DNA of 51,566 nucleotides from Alcaligenaceae bacterium (GCA_029268265.1 JAJUGH010000001.1:1-51566), one strand, 5' to 3'; counted from the first letter of the stretch, positions 22,699-32,544 are shown. The notes: generated by a model from the letters alone, not told the origin. Program-made: numbers and translations.

Positions 22699-22831
22699 GG
22701 TGGTCACCTGAGTAAAGCATTCCGGCGGCAGGCGTGACTTTCCGCCGGCCGAAGGGTGAGTTGCCATGCACGCAACCCAGACAGTGATGCGTATGGGTAT
22801 GCTCGTAGATTATCAATAATGCTGGAGGTCG

Positions 22832-23824
22832 TTGGAGATGAAACTTTCATCCATTTGGAAGTCCTGTGCAGCCCTGTTGACCGCGACGGCGGCGCTAAGT
22901 ATGAGCCCGGCCACGAAGGCGGCTGAGTTCCCTTCTGAAACCATCACCATCATCGCCGGCTATGCCGCCGGCGGTCCGGTCGATACCGTGGCCCGTCTGC
23001 TCGCCGAAGGGATACGCGGCCCGTTGGACACGACCGTGGTGGTGGAAAACAAAGCCGGTGCGGCCGGCTCGATCGCCGCTGACTACGTCGCGCGCTCCAA
23101 GCCTGATGGGCATACACTGCTGCTCACTTCTTTGAACCATGTCACCAACGCCGTGTTGAATACGGCACAGAAGTTCGACACCGAAGCGGACTTCGCCCCA
23201 CTGGCCATTATTTCGATTGCTCCTCACGTCCTCGTCGTGCCCGCGGATTCACCCATCCAGAGCTACGACGATTTTCTGAAGAAAATAAAAGAGAAGCCGG
23301 GTACCGTGACTGTGTCCAATTCCGGGGCGGGTGGTTCTCCTCACCTGATCGCCGAGCTCTTTCAAATGAAGACGGGCACTTCGTTTCTGAGCATTCCCTA
23401 CAAGGGCGCCGCACCGGCGGTCAGCGACCTTCTGGGCAACCACGTAGACGCCTCCTTCCAGACGCTGGGCTCGGTGCGTGCTCAGATCGATGCCGGCAAA
23501 CTGCGTGCGCTGGCCGTCGCCTCGGATGAGCGTTCCCCGTTCCTGCCGGATACTCCCACGTTCGTGGAATTGGGTGTTGAAGGGCTATCGCTGGATTCCT
23601 GGTATGGTGTGCTGGCCCCGTCCAATACACCCGATCATGTCGTCAAGCGCTTGCACGATGCCATCTCCAGTGCCGTGCAAGACCCTGACTTCCAGGCGAA
23701 GATCAGTAACGCCGGCATGCAGACATTAACCGACAGCAACCCGGAAAACTATCGGGAGCGCATCAGCAACGAAATCAAGCTTGTTCGTACCGTGGTAGAG
23801 GCAGCTAATATCCAGCTGCAATAA
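22832..23824 (+). CDS. Bug/TctC tripartite tricarboxylate transporter substrate-binding protein
   Basis: Signal peptide, GYAAGGPVD, VENKAGAAG, PDGHTLL, PYKGAAP; start TTG 22832 or ATG 22838. Confidence 0.92.
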   Translation: MEMKLSSIWKSCAALLTATAALSMSPATKAAEFPSETITIIAGYAAGGPVDTVARLLAEGIRGPLDTTVVVENKAGAAGSIAADYVARSKPDGHTLLLTSLNHVTNAVLNTAQKFDTEADFAPLAIISIAPHVLVVPADSPIQSYDDFLKKIKEKPGTVTVSNSGAGGSPHLIAELFQMKTGTSFLSIPYKGAAPAVSDLLGNHVDASFQTLGSVRAQIDAGKLRALAVASDERSPFLPDTPTFVELGVEGLSLDSWYGVLAPSNTPDHVVKRLHDAISSAVQDPDFQAKISNAGMQTLTDSNPENYRERISNEIKLVRTVVEAANIQLQ

Positions 23825-23830
23825 GTCTCC

Positions 23831-24628
23831 TCAGCCATCGGCACTTGCGTCCGCCTCGCGCGGACGTTTTTTTTGTTCCGCCCTTGCGGAACACACCGGG
23901 CATTCGGGGTCGCGGCTATAGCGCATGGTCTGCCACTGCATGGTGAGCGCATCCAGGCACAACAGCCGGCCCACCAGGGACTCACCCATACCCACCAGCA
24001 GTTTGAGGGCCTCAATCGCCTGTACGGCGCCTACAACGCCTACCAGAGGCCCCAGCACCCCGGTTGTGGCGCAACGCAGCTCTTCGACGTCTTCCGCTTC
24101 CGGAAACAGGCAGTGATAGCAGGGACTGGTGTCGTGGCGCAGGTCGAAGACACTGATCTGCCCGGAAAAGCGAATGGCGGCGCCTGAGACGAGCGGCTTG
24201 CGCAGGGCTACGCAGGCCCGGTTGACCGCATGGCGGGTCGCGAAGTTGTCGCAGCAGTCCAACACCAGATCGGCATCGGTCGCCCACTTCAGCAACGCGG
24301 CGTCGTCCAGACGCTCCTGCAGGGGAAATACGTCGACTTCCGGGTTGAGCGCAGCCAACGTCCGCCTGCCCGATTCAGCTTTGGCCATACCGACACGATC
24401 TTGTGCGTGAAGAATCTGGCGCTGGAGATTGCTGAGATCGACTTCATCGTCGTCCGCCAGTACCAGCCGCCCGACGCCGGCTGCCGCCAGATACAGAGCG
24501 GCAGGCGACCCCAGGCCGCCGGCGCCGACAATCAGCACGCGCGCGGCGTTGAGGCGCTCTTGACCTTCGATGCCGAACTCATCGAGAAGGATATGCCGCG
24601 CATAGCGCATGAGCTGATCATCGTTCAT
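23831..24628 (-). CDS. moeB: MoeB/ThiF family adenylyltransferase
   Basis: RYARHI, GAGGLG, SNLQRQ, DNFATR, CYHC and CPVC zinc motifs. Confidence 0.88.
   Translation of the reverse strand: MNDDQLMRYARHILLDEFGIEGQERLNAARVLIVGAGGLGSPAALYLAAAGVGRLVLADDDEVDLSNLQRQILHAQDRVGMAKAESGRRTLAALNPEVDVFPLQERLDDAALLKWATDADLVLDCCDNFATRHAVNRACVALRKPLVSGAAIRFSGQISVFDLRHDTSPCYHCLFPEAEDVEELRCATTGVLGPLVGVVGAVQAIEALKLLVGMGESLVGRLLCLDALTMQWQTMRYSRDPECPVCSARAEQKKRPREADASADG
23848..23874 (+). terminator. Intrinsic terminator of the Bug gene, embedded in the moeB 3' end
   Basis: CGTCCGC-ctcgc-GCGGACG perfect 7-bp stem followed by T8. Confidence 0.75.
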
Positions 24629-24692
24629 TGCTGAACACGCTCCAGACCCTGCGGAGTGATGCGATAGCGCTCTACGCGGCTGTCAGGGCTGA

Positions 24693-26192
24693 TCAAGGAG
24701 TTTTTTTTTCAGCCCCGCCTTCCATTTTCTCGGGCGGCACCGGTAACTTCGCGGTTTCGGGCGATGAGGCCTCTAGGGCTTCGACCGCGGCGCGCTTGGC
24801 TTCGCGCTCTTGCTTGGCTTTCGCTACCAGCGCGGGATCGTTGCGCTGCACAGGACGCCCTTCCAGGAAATTAAGGGCCTGCTGCAGTTGGTAGTCGTCT
24901 TCGCCGCCGAATTCGAACATGCGAGCGATATCGACGGTGTCGTCTTCCTGTTCAGCCAGGCTGGATTCGTCGAAGCTGCCATTGATCAGATGTCGTTGCA
25001 GGTCGGCCTCGCGTGGCAGGCGGAACAAGTTGCCCTGGGCCGTGTCATCTACGGTGATGTCAGGCGTGACCCCGGTTACCTGAATCGACTGACCGCTGGG
25101 GGTGTAATAGCGTGCAGTCGTGAGCTTGATGCCGGTGTCTTCGCCCAGTGGCAGCACGCTCTGCACAGAGCCCTTACCGAACGTGCGATTACCCAGAACC
25201 GTGGCCCGGCCGTGATCTTGCAGCGCGCCGGCCACAATTTCAGACGCGGACGCAGAGCCCACGTTCACCAGCACCACCATCGGCACCGTTTTGGCCCACT
25301 CGGCTACGCCGGCCACGTAATCGTCTTCGGCACCCAGATAGTTGCGCAGGTAGTCGGCCGGCTTCGCATGGTATTCGCGGTTGGCAGACGGAATGCGGCC
25401 TTTGGTGGAGACCACCAGCACATTGGGCGGCAGGAATGCCGAAGAAACCGCGATGGCACTGTCGAGCAGACCCCCGGGATCGTTACGCAGGTCGAGCACC
25501 AGGCCTTTGGGCGCGCCGTCAGCGCTGAGGTCGCGCAAGTGACGCACGAGGTCGGGTGCGGTACGTTCCTGGAATTGGGCAATGCGCACATAGGCGATGT
25601 CGTTGTCGAGCATTTTGCTGCGCACGCTACGCACCTTGATGATGTCGCGCACGATAGTGAGCTCCAGCGGCTTGTCCCGCCCCGGACGGCTGAGCGTCAG
25701 AACAATGCTGGTGTCGGGCTCACCGCGCATCAGCTTGATGGCCTCGTTGAGCGTCATGCCTTTGGTCGGCTTGCCGTCGATGTGCGTAATGATGTCGCCG
25801 GCCAGGATACCGGCACGGAAAGCCGGGGTGTCTTCAATTGGAGAAATCACCTTGGGCTGGCCGTCTTCGCTGCCGATTTCTATGCCCAGCCCCCCAAAAC
25901 CGCCCTGGGTAATGGCTTCCATTTCTTTGAAGGCGTCGGCATCCAGAAAGGCGGAGTGCGGGTCCAGGTCGCTGAACATGCCCTTGATGGCGTCGTTAAT
26001 GAGCTTGTCGTCGCTCACCGGCTCGACATAACTGGCCTTGATTGCCGCGAAGACATTGGCAAACTGCTGCAGTTCCCTGAGCGGCAAGGGTTCGCCGCGT
26101 TGTGCAACGGCTGAAATGCCCACGCTCAAAAGAAGCCCGCCGATCACCCCGATCAGCACCAGACCAAAACTACGTACCCTGCGAGTGCTCAT
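24693..26192 (-). CDS. ctpA: Carboxy-terminal processing protease, S41 family (PDZ)
   Basis: LDPHS, GGLGIEI, LDLRNDPGG, SASASEI, TFGKGSVQ; start near 26192. Confidence 0.92.
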   Translation of the reverse strand: MSTRRVRSFGLVLIGVIGGLLLSVGISAVAQRGEPLPLRELQQFANVFAAIKASYVEPVSDDKLINDAIKGMFSDLDPHSAFLDADAFKEMEAITQGGFGGLGIEIGSEDGQPKVISPIEDTPAFRAGILAGDIITHIDGKPTKGMTLNEAIKLMRGEPDTSIVLTLSRPGRDKPLELTIVRDIIKVRSVRSKMLDNDIAYVRIAQFQERTAPDLVRHLRDLSADGAPKGLVLDLRNDPGGLLDSAIAVSSAFLPPNVLVVSTKGRIPSANREYHAKPADYLRNYLGAEDDYVAGVAEWAKTVPMVVLVNVGSASASEIVAGALQDHGRATVLGNRTFGKGSVQSVLPLGEDTGIKLTTARYYTPSGQSIQVTGVTPDITVDDTAQGNLFRLPREADLQRHLINGSFDESSLAEQEDDTVDIARMFEFGGEDDYQLQQALNFLEGRPVQRNDPALVAKAKQEREAKRAAVEALEASSPETAKLPVPPEKMEGGAEKKTP

Positions 26193-26318
26193 GCACATAC
26201 CCGATTTATAGTGAGTTCGGCCGCGCCGTAGCGCGACGTTCATAGGCAGATAGTAACGAAACTGTCCACCAAGGGAAGCTGGAATTAACGCGGATGACCC
26301 ACGCACGCGCGACGGCGC

Positions 26319-27653
26319 CTACTTCCCCAACCATAGTAAGGGGTTGACCGGTTTCCCCCCATGGCGAATTTCAAAGTATAGACCGGGCTCCACCTGTCCG
26401 CCCGTGGAGCCCACTGTAGCAATTGCCTCGCCGGCCCTGACGTGGTCGCCGACCTGACGCAGCAAGCCCTGGTTATACGCGTATACGCTCAAGTACTGAG
26501 CGCCGTGATCCAGAATCAGCAGGTTGCCGAAGCCGCCCAGCCAGCCGGCATACACCACACGGCCGGGTGCGACCGCCGTCACGCTTGCGCCTTCTTTGGC
26601 CCGCAGCACAATGCCGCGCCAGATGCCGCCTTCGGGTCGTTCCATGCCAAAGCGGCCCTGCACCTCGCCACGCACCGGGTACGGCAGGCCCTTCTGCAGA
26701 CCATTCAGCGGCGCGGTTTCCTGCAAGGGCGCCGGCGGGGATGTCGGCGCGGGCGGGGATGGACGCGCCGGTTGGGTTTCTTCGGCACGCCGCGTTGCTT
26801 CGGCTTTTTCCCGTTGCTCGGCCTGGCGGCGCTCCTCTGCCCGGCGGCGTTGCTCTGCGAGGCGCCGCTCTTCAGCCAAGCGGCGCGCTTCCTCGGCTCT
26901 GCGGCGCGCTTCGGCGGCCTCTTCCTCGATGGCCTTCGCCAGTGCGTCCACCAATTTGGCCAGTTGCGCCTCGTTGTTTGCCAGGTTGCGCGCCTCGCTG
27001 CGTTGCTGCTTCAGCTCCTTTTCGATACGTGCCAATACGGCCTGGCGCTCGGCCTGCCGCTTTTCGAGCTCGGCACGCCTCTGTGCCGTTTCTTCGGCCA
27101 ACTGTTTGAGCCGGGCTTCGTGTTCCTGTGCCTGCGCCTGCAGGCGGTTCAATTCTTCCAGGGCGGAGTGCACGGCCCTTACGGCATCGGCCTGGGCTCG
27201 TGCGACATACTCCAGATACCCCAGTTCGCGGGCGATATCTTGCGGGTCTTCGCCGGACAGCAAGGTCGCCCAGGGCGACAAACCACCCGCGTACTGGGCG
27301 CGAAGTTGGGCGGCTAACTGTTGCTGTTTGCGCTCCAGCTCGGCGGTTTGGTTTTTGATACGACGCTGGATCTCATTAAGCTTTTCGCCCGCAAGCCGGG
27401 TGTCGGTCTCCAGACTCGCCAGCCGGCGGTCGAGCTCCGAGATAGCCGTTTCCGATTTTTTGAGTTCCAGCGTGACGTCGCGACGCGATGATTCCGTACC
27501 GGCAATCTGTTTTTCCAGTTGCCGAATACGGTCGCGCAGCGCTTCGCGGTCGCGCCGCGCCTGTTCCTGGCGTTGCTGCAAATCGCCGGCGGCGGCCCAA
27601 GGGACGCCCGGAATCAACAACAGTGCCAGGACGAGGAACGCGGCGGCCCGCAT
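26319..27653 (-). CDS. envC: Murein hydrolase activator EnvC (coiled coil + M23)
   Basis: Signal peptide, long coiled coil, degenerate M23 domain (WRGI, GFGNLLILDHG, LYFEIR); gpmA-envC-ctpA synteny; ATG 27653. Confidence 0.88.
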   Translation of the reverse strand: MRAAAFLVLALLLIPGVPWAAAGDLQQRQEQARRDREALRDRIRQLEKQIAGTESSRRDVTLELKKSETAISELDRRLASLETDTRLAGEKLNEIQRRIKNQTAELERKQQQLAAQLRAQYAGGLSPWATLLSGEDPQDIARELGYLEYVARAQADAVRAVHSALEELNRLQAQAQEHEARLKQLAEETAQRRAELEKRQAERQAVLARIEKELKQQRSEARNLANNEAQLAKLVDALAKAIEEEAAEARRRAEEARRLAEERRLAEQRRRAEERRQAEQREKAEATRRAEETQPARPSPPAPTSPPAPLQETAPLNGLQKGLPYPVRGEVQGRFGMERPEGGIWRGIVLRAKEGASVTAVAPGRVVYAGWLGGFGNLLILDHGAQYLSVYAYNQGLLRQVGDHVRAGEAIATVGSTGGQVEPGLYFEIRHGGKPVNPLLWLGK

Positions 27654-27657
27654 GGAC

Positions 27658-28410
27658 TCAGGCCTGCTTGGCCTTGCCCTGGGCGGCCACGGCCGCCATT
27701 GCCGCTTCAATCTCGGCGGGATCCCCGAGGTAGTAGTGACGGATGGGGCGCAGCTGATCGTCCAGCTCGTAGACCAGCGGCTGACCTGTAGGAATATTCA
27801 GGTGCACGATGTCCTCGTCGGACACATTGTCCAGGTGTTTGATCAGTGCCCGCAGGCTGTTGCCGTGCGCAGAAATAAGCACCCGGCGACCGGAGCGGAT
27901 GGCCGGCGCAATGGTTTCTTCCCAGAACGGCAGCACGCGTGCCACGGTGTCCTTCAAGCACTCGGTGGCCGGCAGCAAAGCGGGGTCGATCTTGGCGTAG
28001 CGGCGATCGAAACGCGGGTGACGTTCGTCGTTTTCATCGAGAGGATCCGGCGCGATGGCGTAGGCACGACGCCAGATCAGCACTTGCTCATCGCCGAATT
28101 TAGCGGCGGTCTCCGCCTTGTTCAGGCCTTGCAGCGCCCCGTAGTGGCGCTCGTTCAGGCGCCAGCTCAGACCGATAGGCGTATGCATGGCATCCATGGA
28201 ATCCAGCGCAATCCACAGCGTGCGAATCGCCCGCTTCAGGACGGAGCAGAAAGCCAGGTCAAACTCAAAGCCCTTTTCCTTGAGCAGCTCGCCGGCCTTA
28301 CGCGCCTGTTCGCGCCCCGTTTCGGTCAGATCGACGTCGGTCCAGCCGGTGAAACGGTTCTCTAGGTTCCATTGGCTTTCGCCGTGGCGCATCAGGACGA
28401 TTTTGTACAT
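27658..28410 (-). CDS. gpmA: 2,3-bisphosphoglycerate-dependent phosphoglycerate mutase
   Basis: [23 protein letters not shown]. Confidence 0.97.
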   Translation of the reverse strand: MYKIVLMRHGESQWNLENRFTGWTDVDLTETGREQARKAGELLKEKGFEFDLAFCSVLKRAIRTLWIALDSMDAMHTPIGLSWRLNERHYGALQGLNKAETAAKFGDEQVLIWRRAYAIAPDPLDENDERHPRFDRRYAKIDPALLPATECLKDTVARVLPFWEETIAPAIRSGRRVLISAHGNSLRALIKHLDNVSDEDIVHLNIPTGQPLVYELDDQLRPIRHYYLGDPAEIEAAMAAVAAQGKAKQA

Positions 28411-28557
28411 GGTAAAAGTCACCTGGAAGTTAATCTTGCGTCCATTTTATAATCGACTGTTAATCGGAAGGTTTGGGCCGCGCATCGGCACACCATTCGG
28501 GCATGCGGCCAACCTTCTTTAGCAGTCCCTCCCACCCGAGCATTTCCGGAACAGATC

Positions 28558-28968
28558 GTGGATTTCTTTGCTGACCAGACCAACATCCTTCTCATTGTCG
28601 TCGCTATCACGGCGGCCATCGCTCTGGCACTGCCCAGCTTCCTGCAGCGTGGTGCAAAACAGGTAAGCGTGCAGGATGCCGTTCAACTTACTAATGCCCG
28701 CGACGGCCTGTTCGTGGATGTGCGCAGTGCCGAGCATTTCAAGGCCGGCAATATTCCACAGTCGCGCAATATTCCGCTTGCTGACATTGCCAACAAGACA
28801 GGCAGTCTGCCCAAAGACAAGCCCATAATTGTGGTCTGCGAGCGTGGCCGCAGCGCCGTGGGCGTCGTCAATACGCTTAAGGGCAAGGGCTTCGAAGAAG
28901 TCTACTGCCTGCAGGGTGGGCTTGCTGCTTGGATAGAAGCCGGCATGCCGCTGGCCAAGAAACACTGA
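28558..28968 (+). CDS. Rhodanese-like domain protein (YibN-like)
   Basis: N-terminal TM, VDVR, VVCERG, LQGGLAAW; precedes grxC-secB-gpsA. Confidence 0.88.
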   Translation: MDFFADQTNILLIVVAITAAIALALPSFLQRGAKQVSVQDAVQLTNARDGLFVDVRSAEHFKAGNIPQSRNIPLADIANKTGSLPKDKPIIVVCERGRSAVGVVNTLKGKGFEEVYCLQGGLAAWIEAGMPLAKKH

Positions 28969-28980
28969 CCAAGGAACACC

Positions 28981-29238
28981 ATGCCTAAAGTCTCTATGTA
29001 CACCACCGCCGTATGTCCGTTCTGTGTGCGGGCTGAAATGCTGCTCAAGCAACGCGGGGTGACGGAAATCGAGAAGATCCGCATCGATCTGGACCCCGAA
29101 CAGCGCACGGCCATGATGGAGCGTACGGGCCGGCGCACGGTCCCACAGATCTACATTGGCGATACTCATGTAGGTGGCTATGATGATCTGGCCGCTCTTG
29201 ATCGTGCCGGCAAGCTCCTTCCGCTGCTAGAGCAGTGA
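28981..29238 (+). CDS. grxC: Glutaredoxin 3
   Basis: CPFC, TVPQI, GGYDD. Confidence 0.95.
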   Translation: MPKVSMYTTAVCPFCVRAEMLLKQRGVTEIEKIRIDLDPEQRTAMMERTGRRTVPQIYIGDTHVGGYDDLAALDRAGKLLPLLEQ

Positions 29239-29298
29239 TTTTTCGAGCGGTCGCCTGTGGGCACCGCACTTACCGACCCTAAACCAGGAATAAGATTC

Positions 29299-29820
29299 AT
29301 GGCCGAGCAACCCAATAGCCAGGACACCCAGTCACCCAGCTTCTCCATGCAGCGCACGTATCTCAAGGACCTTTCCCTCGAGATGCCCAATGCACCGGAA
29401 ATCCTTCTGGAACAAGAAGCTCCCGGCGTCGAAGTGTCCCTGAATGTCGGCGGCAAGCGCCTGGCCGAAACCATTTTCGAGACCACCGTTACCGTCACCG
29501 TCACCACTCGCATCAACGACAAGGTACTGTACCTGGTTGAAGCCACTCAGGCGGGCATCTTCGAAGCCTCCAACATTCCCGCTGAGCAGCTCGACCCGCT
29601 GCTGGGCATCGTCTGCCCCACCATGCTGTATCCGTACCTGCGCGCGAATGTGGCCGATGCCATCACCCGCACATCTTTACCTGCCCTGCACCTGGCCGAG
29701 GTGAACTTCCAGGCTCTGTACGAGCAACGCGTCGCCGAGCTCGCCCAGCAGCAACAACAACAGCAGCAACCCGGCGGCGATTCCGGCCTCTACGTTCCGC
29801 CCAGCGCAAAGAAAAACTAA
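29299..29820 (+). CDS. secB: Protein export chaperone SecB
   Basis: [35 protein letters not shown]; ATG 29299. Confidence 0.95.
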   Translation: MAEQPNSQDTQSPSFSMQRTYLKDLSLEMPNAPEILLEQEAPGVEVSLNVGGKRLAETIFETTVTVTVTTRINDKVLYLVEATQAGIFEASNIPAEQLDPLLGIVCPTMLYPYLRANVADAITRTSLPALHLAEVNFQALYEQRVAELAQQQQQQQQPGGDSGLYVPPSAKKN

Positions 29821-29826
29821 GTTCCC

Positions 29827-30885
29827 ATGAGCGCCGCCACCTTGCCGCCACGCGTTGTCGTTCTGGGCGCCGGAAGCTGGGGAACGGCGCTTGGCGCACT
29901 GGCCTGCTCTCAGGCCGACACGCTGATCTGGGCGCGGCGCGCCGAGCTCGCCGCCGAGATCGCTCAAAAGCACAGCAACGCCCGCTATTTGCCGGGCATT
30001 GCTCTTCCCCCCTCTTTACGCGCAACCAGCGACTTCGAAACTGCTGTCGAACACGTGTGTTCCGCGCGAGGCGATGCGCTCATCATTCTGGGCGTGCCGG
30101 TCGCCGGTATGGCTGAAACCTGCCGGCGCCTGGCCCAAAGTCTTTCGACCCGCCGGCACCCCGCTCTGCATGTAGTGTGGACCTGCAAGGGTGTGCACCC
30201 CGAAACCGGCCAATTGCCTCACGAAGTAGCGAAAGCTGCGCTAGGCGATATTGACGGCGTCTCGCTGGGCGTGCTGTCCGGGCCGTCGTTTGCGCTCGAA
30301 GTCGCTCAAGGCCTGCCGGTCGCGCTTACTATCGCCAGCGACGATGCCGACACCGGCCGGGTGGTGTTGGCCGTCCTGCACGGCCAGCGTTGCCGCGTCT
30401 ACACCAGCCGCGATGTCACGGGTGTAGAGGTCGGCGGTGCGCTGAAAAACGTGATGGCCATTGCCTGCGGCATCTCCGACGGGCTGGGGCTGGGTTCCAA
30501 CGCGCGCGCGGCGCTTGTGACCCGTGGCCTGGCCGAAATCCAACGCCTGGCCATTGCTCTGGGCGGCGAGGCCGAAACGGTGCAAGGCCTGACAGGCTTG
30601 GGTGACCTCGTGCTGACGGCCACCGGCCCACTGTCGCGTAATCGTCAGGTCGGCCTGGCGATTGGCGAGGGCCGCAGCCTTGACGACATCCTGGCCGGCG
30701 GCATGACGGCCGAGGGCGTGCGTTGCGCACGTGCCGCACTCGCTTTAGGGCAGCGTCTGGGCGTGGAACTGCCTATCACCGCCGCCGTATGCCGTGTTCT
30801 ATTCGAAGGCCTGTCTCCGCGCAGCGCTGTCGATACCCTACTGTCACGCGATTCACGTCCCGAATCTCCCAACTCCTATCGCTAA
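29827..30885 (+). CDS. gpsA: NAD(P)H-dependent glycerol-3-phosphate dehydrogenase
   Basis: [39 protein letters not shown]. Confidence 0.95.
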   Translation: MSAATLPPRVVVLGAGSWGTALGALACSQADTLIWARRAELAAEIAQKHSNARYLPGIALPPSLRATSDFETAVEHVCSARGDALIILGVPVAGMAETCRRLAQSLSTRRHPALHVVWTCKGVHPETGQLPHEVAKAALGDIDGVSLGVLSGPSFALEVAQGLPVALTIASDDADTGRVVLAVLHGQRCRVYTSRDVTGVEVGGALKNVMAIACGISDGLGLGSNARAALVTRGLAEIQRLAIALGGEAETVQGLTGLGDLVLTATGPLSRNRQVGLAIGEGRSLDDILAGGMTAEGVRCARAALALGQRLGVELPITAAVCRVLFEGLSPRSAVDTLLSRDSRPESPNSYR

Positions 30886-30899
30886 CGGAGGCCTCACCT

Positions 30900-31901
30900 A
30901 TGGCTCGCTACTCCGGCATTCGCCGCCGCTTGAATCTGTTTGCTCTCGGACTTGCCGCCACCACGATGCTCACCGCGCCTGCGTGGTCTCAGACTGAAGA
31001 CTGGCCCACGCAGCCGATACGCATGATTGTGCCCTTCCCGCCCGGCTCGTCGCCTGACACGCTGGCGCGCATGGTGGCCGACCCTCTGGCGCAAAAACTC
31101 GGCCAGCCGATTGTGGTTGAAAATCGCCCCGGAGCCGGCGGCAATATCGGAACGCGACAGGCGGCTCAGGCCAAGCCGGACGGCTACACCATCCTGCTGA
31201 CCATCAACGGCCCTATTGTTACGGCACCCGCGCTGTACAAGAACACCTTGGGTTACGACCCCGATACGGATCTGCAGGTTATCAGCATGGTGGGCACCAG
31301 CCCCAACGTACTGGTGGTGCCTGCCGATTCGCCGGCCAATAACGTGCAGGAATTTGTCGAGCAGGCGCGCAGCAAACCGGGCGAGCTGAATTACGGCACT
31401 GTTGGGCCGGGCAGCTCTTCTCACCTGGGCATGGCCATGCTCGAACAGGAAGCCGGCATCTCACTGCTGCAGATTCCCTACACGGGCTTCCCACAGGTCA
31501 TCACGTCCATCGTGGCGGGTGATGTGCACGCCGGCTTCATGGTGCCCGGTGTTGCCATGCCGCAAGTTCAGGCAGGCAAAGTAAAGGTGCTGGGTATCAC
31601 AAGCCTGGAAGAAAGCGACGTACTGCCCGGATTGCCCACCGTGGCGTCGCAAGGCTACCCCGGCTTTGAGTCCATCTCTTGGGACGCGCTGTTCGTCCCC
31701 GCCGGCACTCCCTACGCCATCGTCGAAAAACTGAACAAGAACGTGCTCGACGTCCTGGCCATGCCCGAAGTGCAGAAGCAGATGGCCACCCTCTACTTCA
31801 CCGCCGCCCCAACCACCCCCGCGGAAGCCCAAGACATGATCCGCGCGGAAAAACAAAAACTCACCGCCCTCATCGAAAAACTCGGCATCACCCTCGACTG
31901 A
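30900..31901 (+). CDS. Bug/TctC substrate-binding protein
   Basis: VPFPPGSSPD, VENRPGAGG, PDGYTILL; ATG 30900 with GGAGG RBS. Confidence 0.92.
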   Translation: MARYSGIRRRLNLFALGLAATTMLTAPAWSQTEDWPTQPIRMIVPFPPGSSPDTLARMVADPLAQKLGQPIVVENRPGAGGNIGTRQAAQAKPDGYTILLTINGPIVTAPALYKNTLGYDPDTDLQVISMVGTSPNVLVVPADSPANNVQEFVEQARSKPGELNYGTVGPGSSSHLGMAMLEQEAGISLLQIPYTGFPQVITSIVAGDVHAGFMVPGVAMPQVQAGKVKVLGITSLEESDVLPGLPTVASQGYPGFESISWDALFVPAGTPYAIVEKLNKNVLDVLAMPEVQKQMATLYFTAAPTTPAEAQDMIRAEKQKLTALIEKLGITLD

Positions 31902-31951
31902 AACTGGGGTCAGACCCCGGTTTCCGGAAACTGGGGTCTGACCCCAGTTTC
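31900..31951. repeat. REP-like palindrome doublet (REPIN-like)
   Basis: GAAACTGGGGTCAGACCCCGGTTTC-CG-GAAACTGGGGTCTGACCCCAGTTTC; each unit palindromic and the pair inverted; degenerate third copy at 31956-31969. Confidence 0.85.
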
Positions 31952-32425
31952 TGCAGGTTCTGATCCCAGATAGTCGGATTGGCGCCAGGCTTCGAATATG
32001 GTGACGGCGACGGCGTTGGAGAGGTTGAGGCTGCGCTGGCCGGGGCGCATGGGTAGGCGCAGGCGCTGTTGGGGGCCGAAATGCTGTAGCTGGGCTTCCG
32101 ACAGGCCCGCGGTTTCACGGCCAAAGACGAAGACGTCGCCGGGTTGCAGCGCGACCCCTGCAAATGATCGTGCGCCGCGCGTGGTCATGGCGAAGCAACG
32201 ATCCGCGGCCGCACCGGTGACGGCTAGTGCGCAAGCCAGGTCGTCATGCACTTGCATGCGCGCCCACTCGTGGTAATCCAGCCCCGCGCGCTTTAGCTTC
32301 GCATCATGCAGTTCGAAGCCCAAAGGCCGCACAAGGTGCAGGAAGGCACCCGTGTTGGCAGCCAGCCGGATGACGTTGCCGGTGTTGGGCGGAATTTCCG
32401 GCGAAACCAGAACAATATGGAACAT
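31910..32425 (-). CDS. trmL: tRNA (cytidine/uridine-34-2'-O)-methyltransferase
   Basis: PEIPPNTGN, RAGLDY, FGRETAGL, RSLNLSN; ATG 32425. Confidence 0.95.
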   Translation of the reverse strand: MFHIVLVSPEIPPNTGNVIRLAANTGAFLHLVRPLGFELHDAKLKRAGLDYHEWARMQVHDDLACALAVTGAAADRCFAMTTRGARSFAGVALQPGDVFVFGRETAGLSEAQLQHFGPQQRLRLPMRPGQRSLNLSNAVAVTIFEAWRQSDYLGSEPAETGVRPQFPETGV

Positions 32426-32489
32426 GCGCGCGAACGTACAGAAAAACGAGCGATTATCGCGCCATCCCAACCCTGTGTCGAATGCAATG

Positions 32490-32532
32490 CATGCAGAAGC
32501 CGGCGCCCCCGCCCGCGACCGACTTCTGCATG
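32490..32532. other. 14-bp hairpin between amidase stop and trmL
   Basis: CATGCAGAAGCCGG-N15-CCGACTTCTGCATG; the single mismatch is a G-U pair on the minus transcript; no U-tract. Confidence 0.55.
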
Positions 32533-32544
32533 ACTAACGCGGTG

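Noticed and set aside
22760-22776. GTTGC-N7-GCAAC near the amidase/Bug promoter, resembling the cluster operator
   Set aside because: Half-sites are in the opposite order with different spacing and no flanking match; not counted as a third site
24701-24709. T9 homopolymer in ctpA
   Set aside because: Lies in the last few codons, so slippage would not switch the gene off
26800-26935. Imperfect repeats encoding RRAEE/RRLAEE
   Set aside because: Charged helical linker of EnvC, not a DNA repeat element
24810-28365. 434-aa and 613-aa plus-strand ORFs
   Set aside because: Antisense to ctpA, envC and gpmA; the Ser/Arg/Ala-rich composition mirrors the EnvC coiled coil
29746-29769. Poly-Gln (8 codons) in SecB
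   Set aside because: Mixed CAG/CAA codons, in frame, in a disordered tail; no sign of phase variation
31900-31969. Possible mini-CRISPR array
   Set aside because: Units are separated by only 2-4 bp, with no unique spacers and no cas genes
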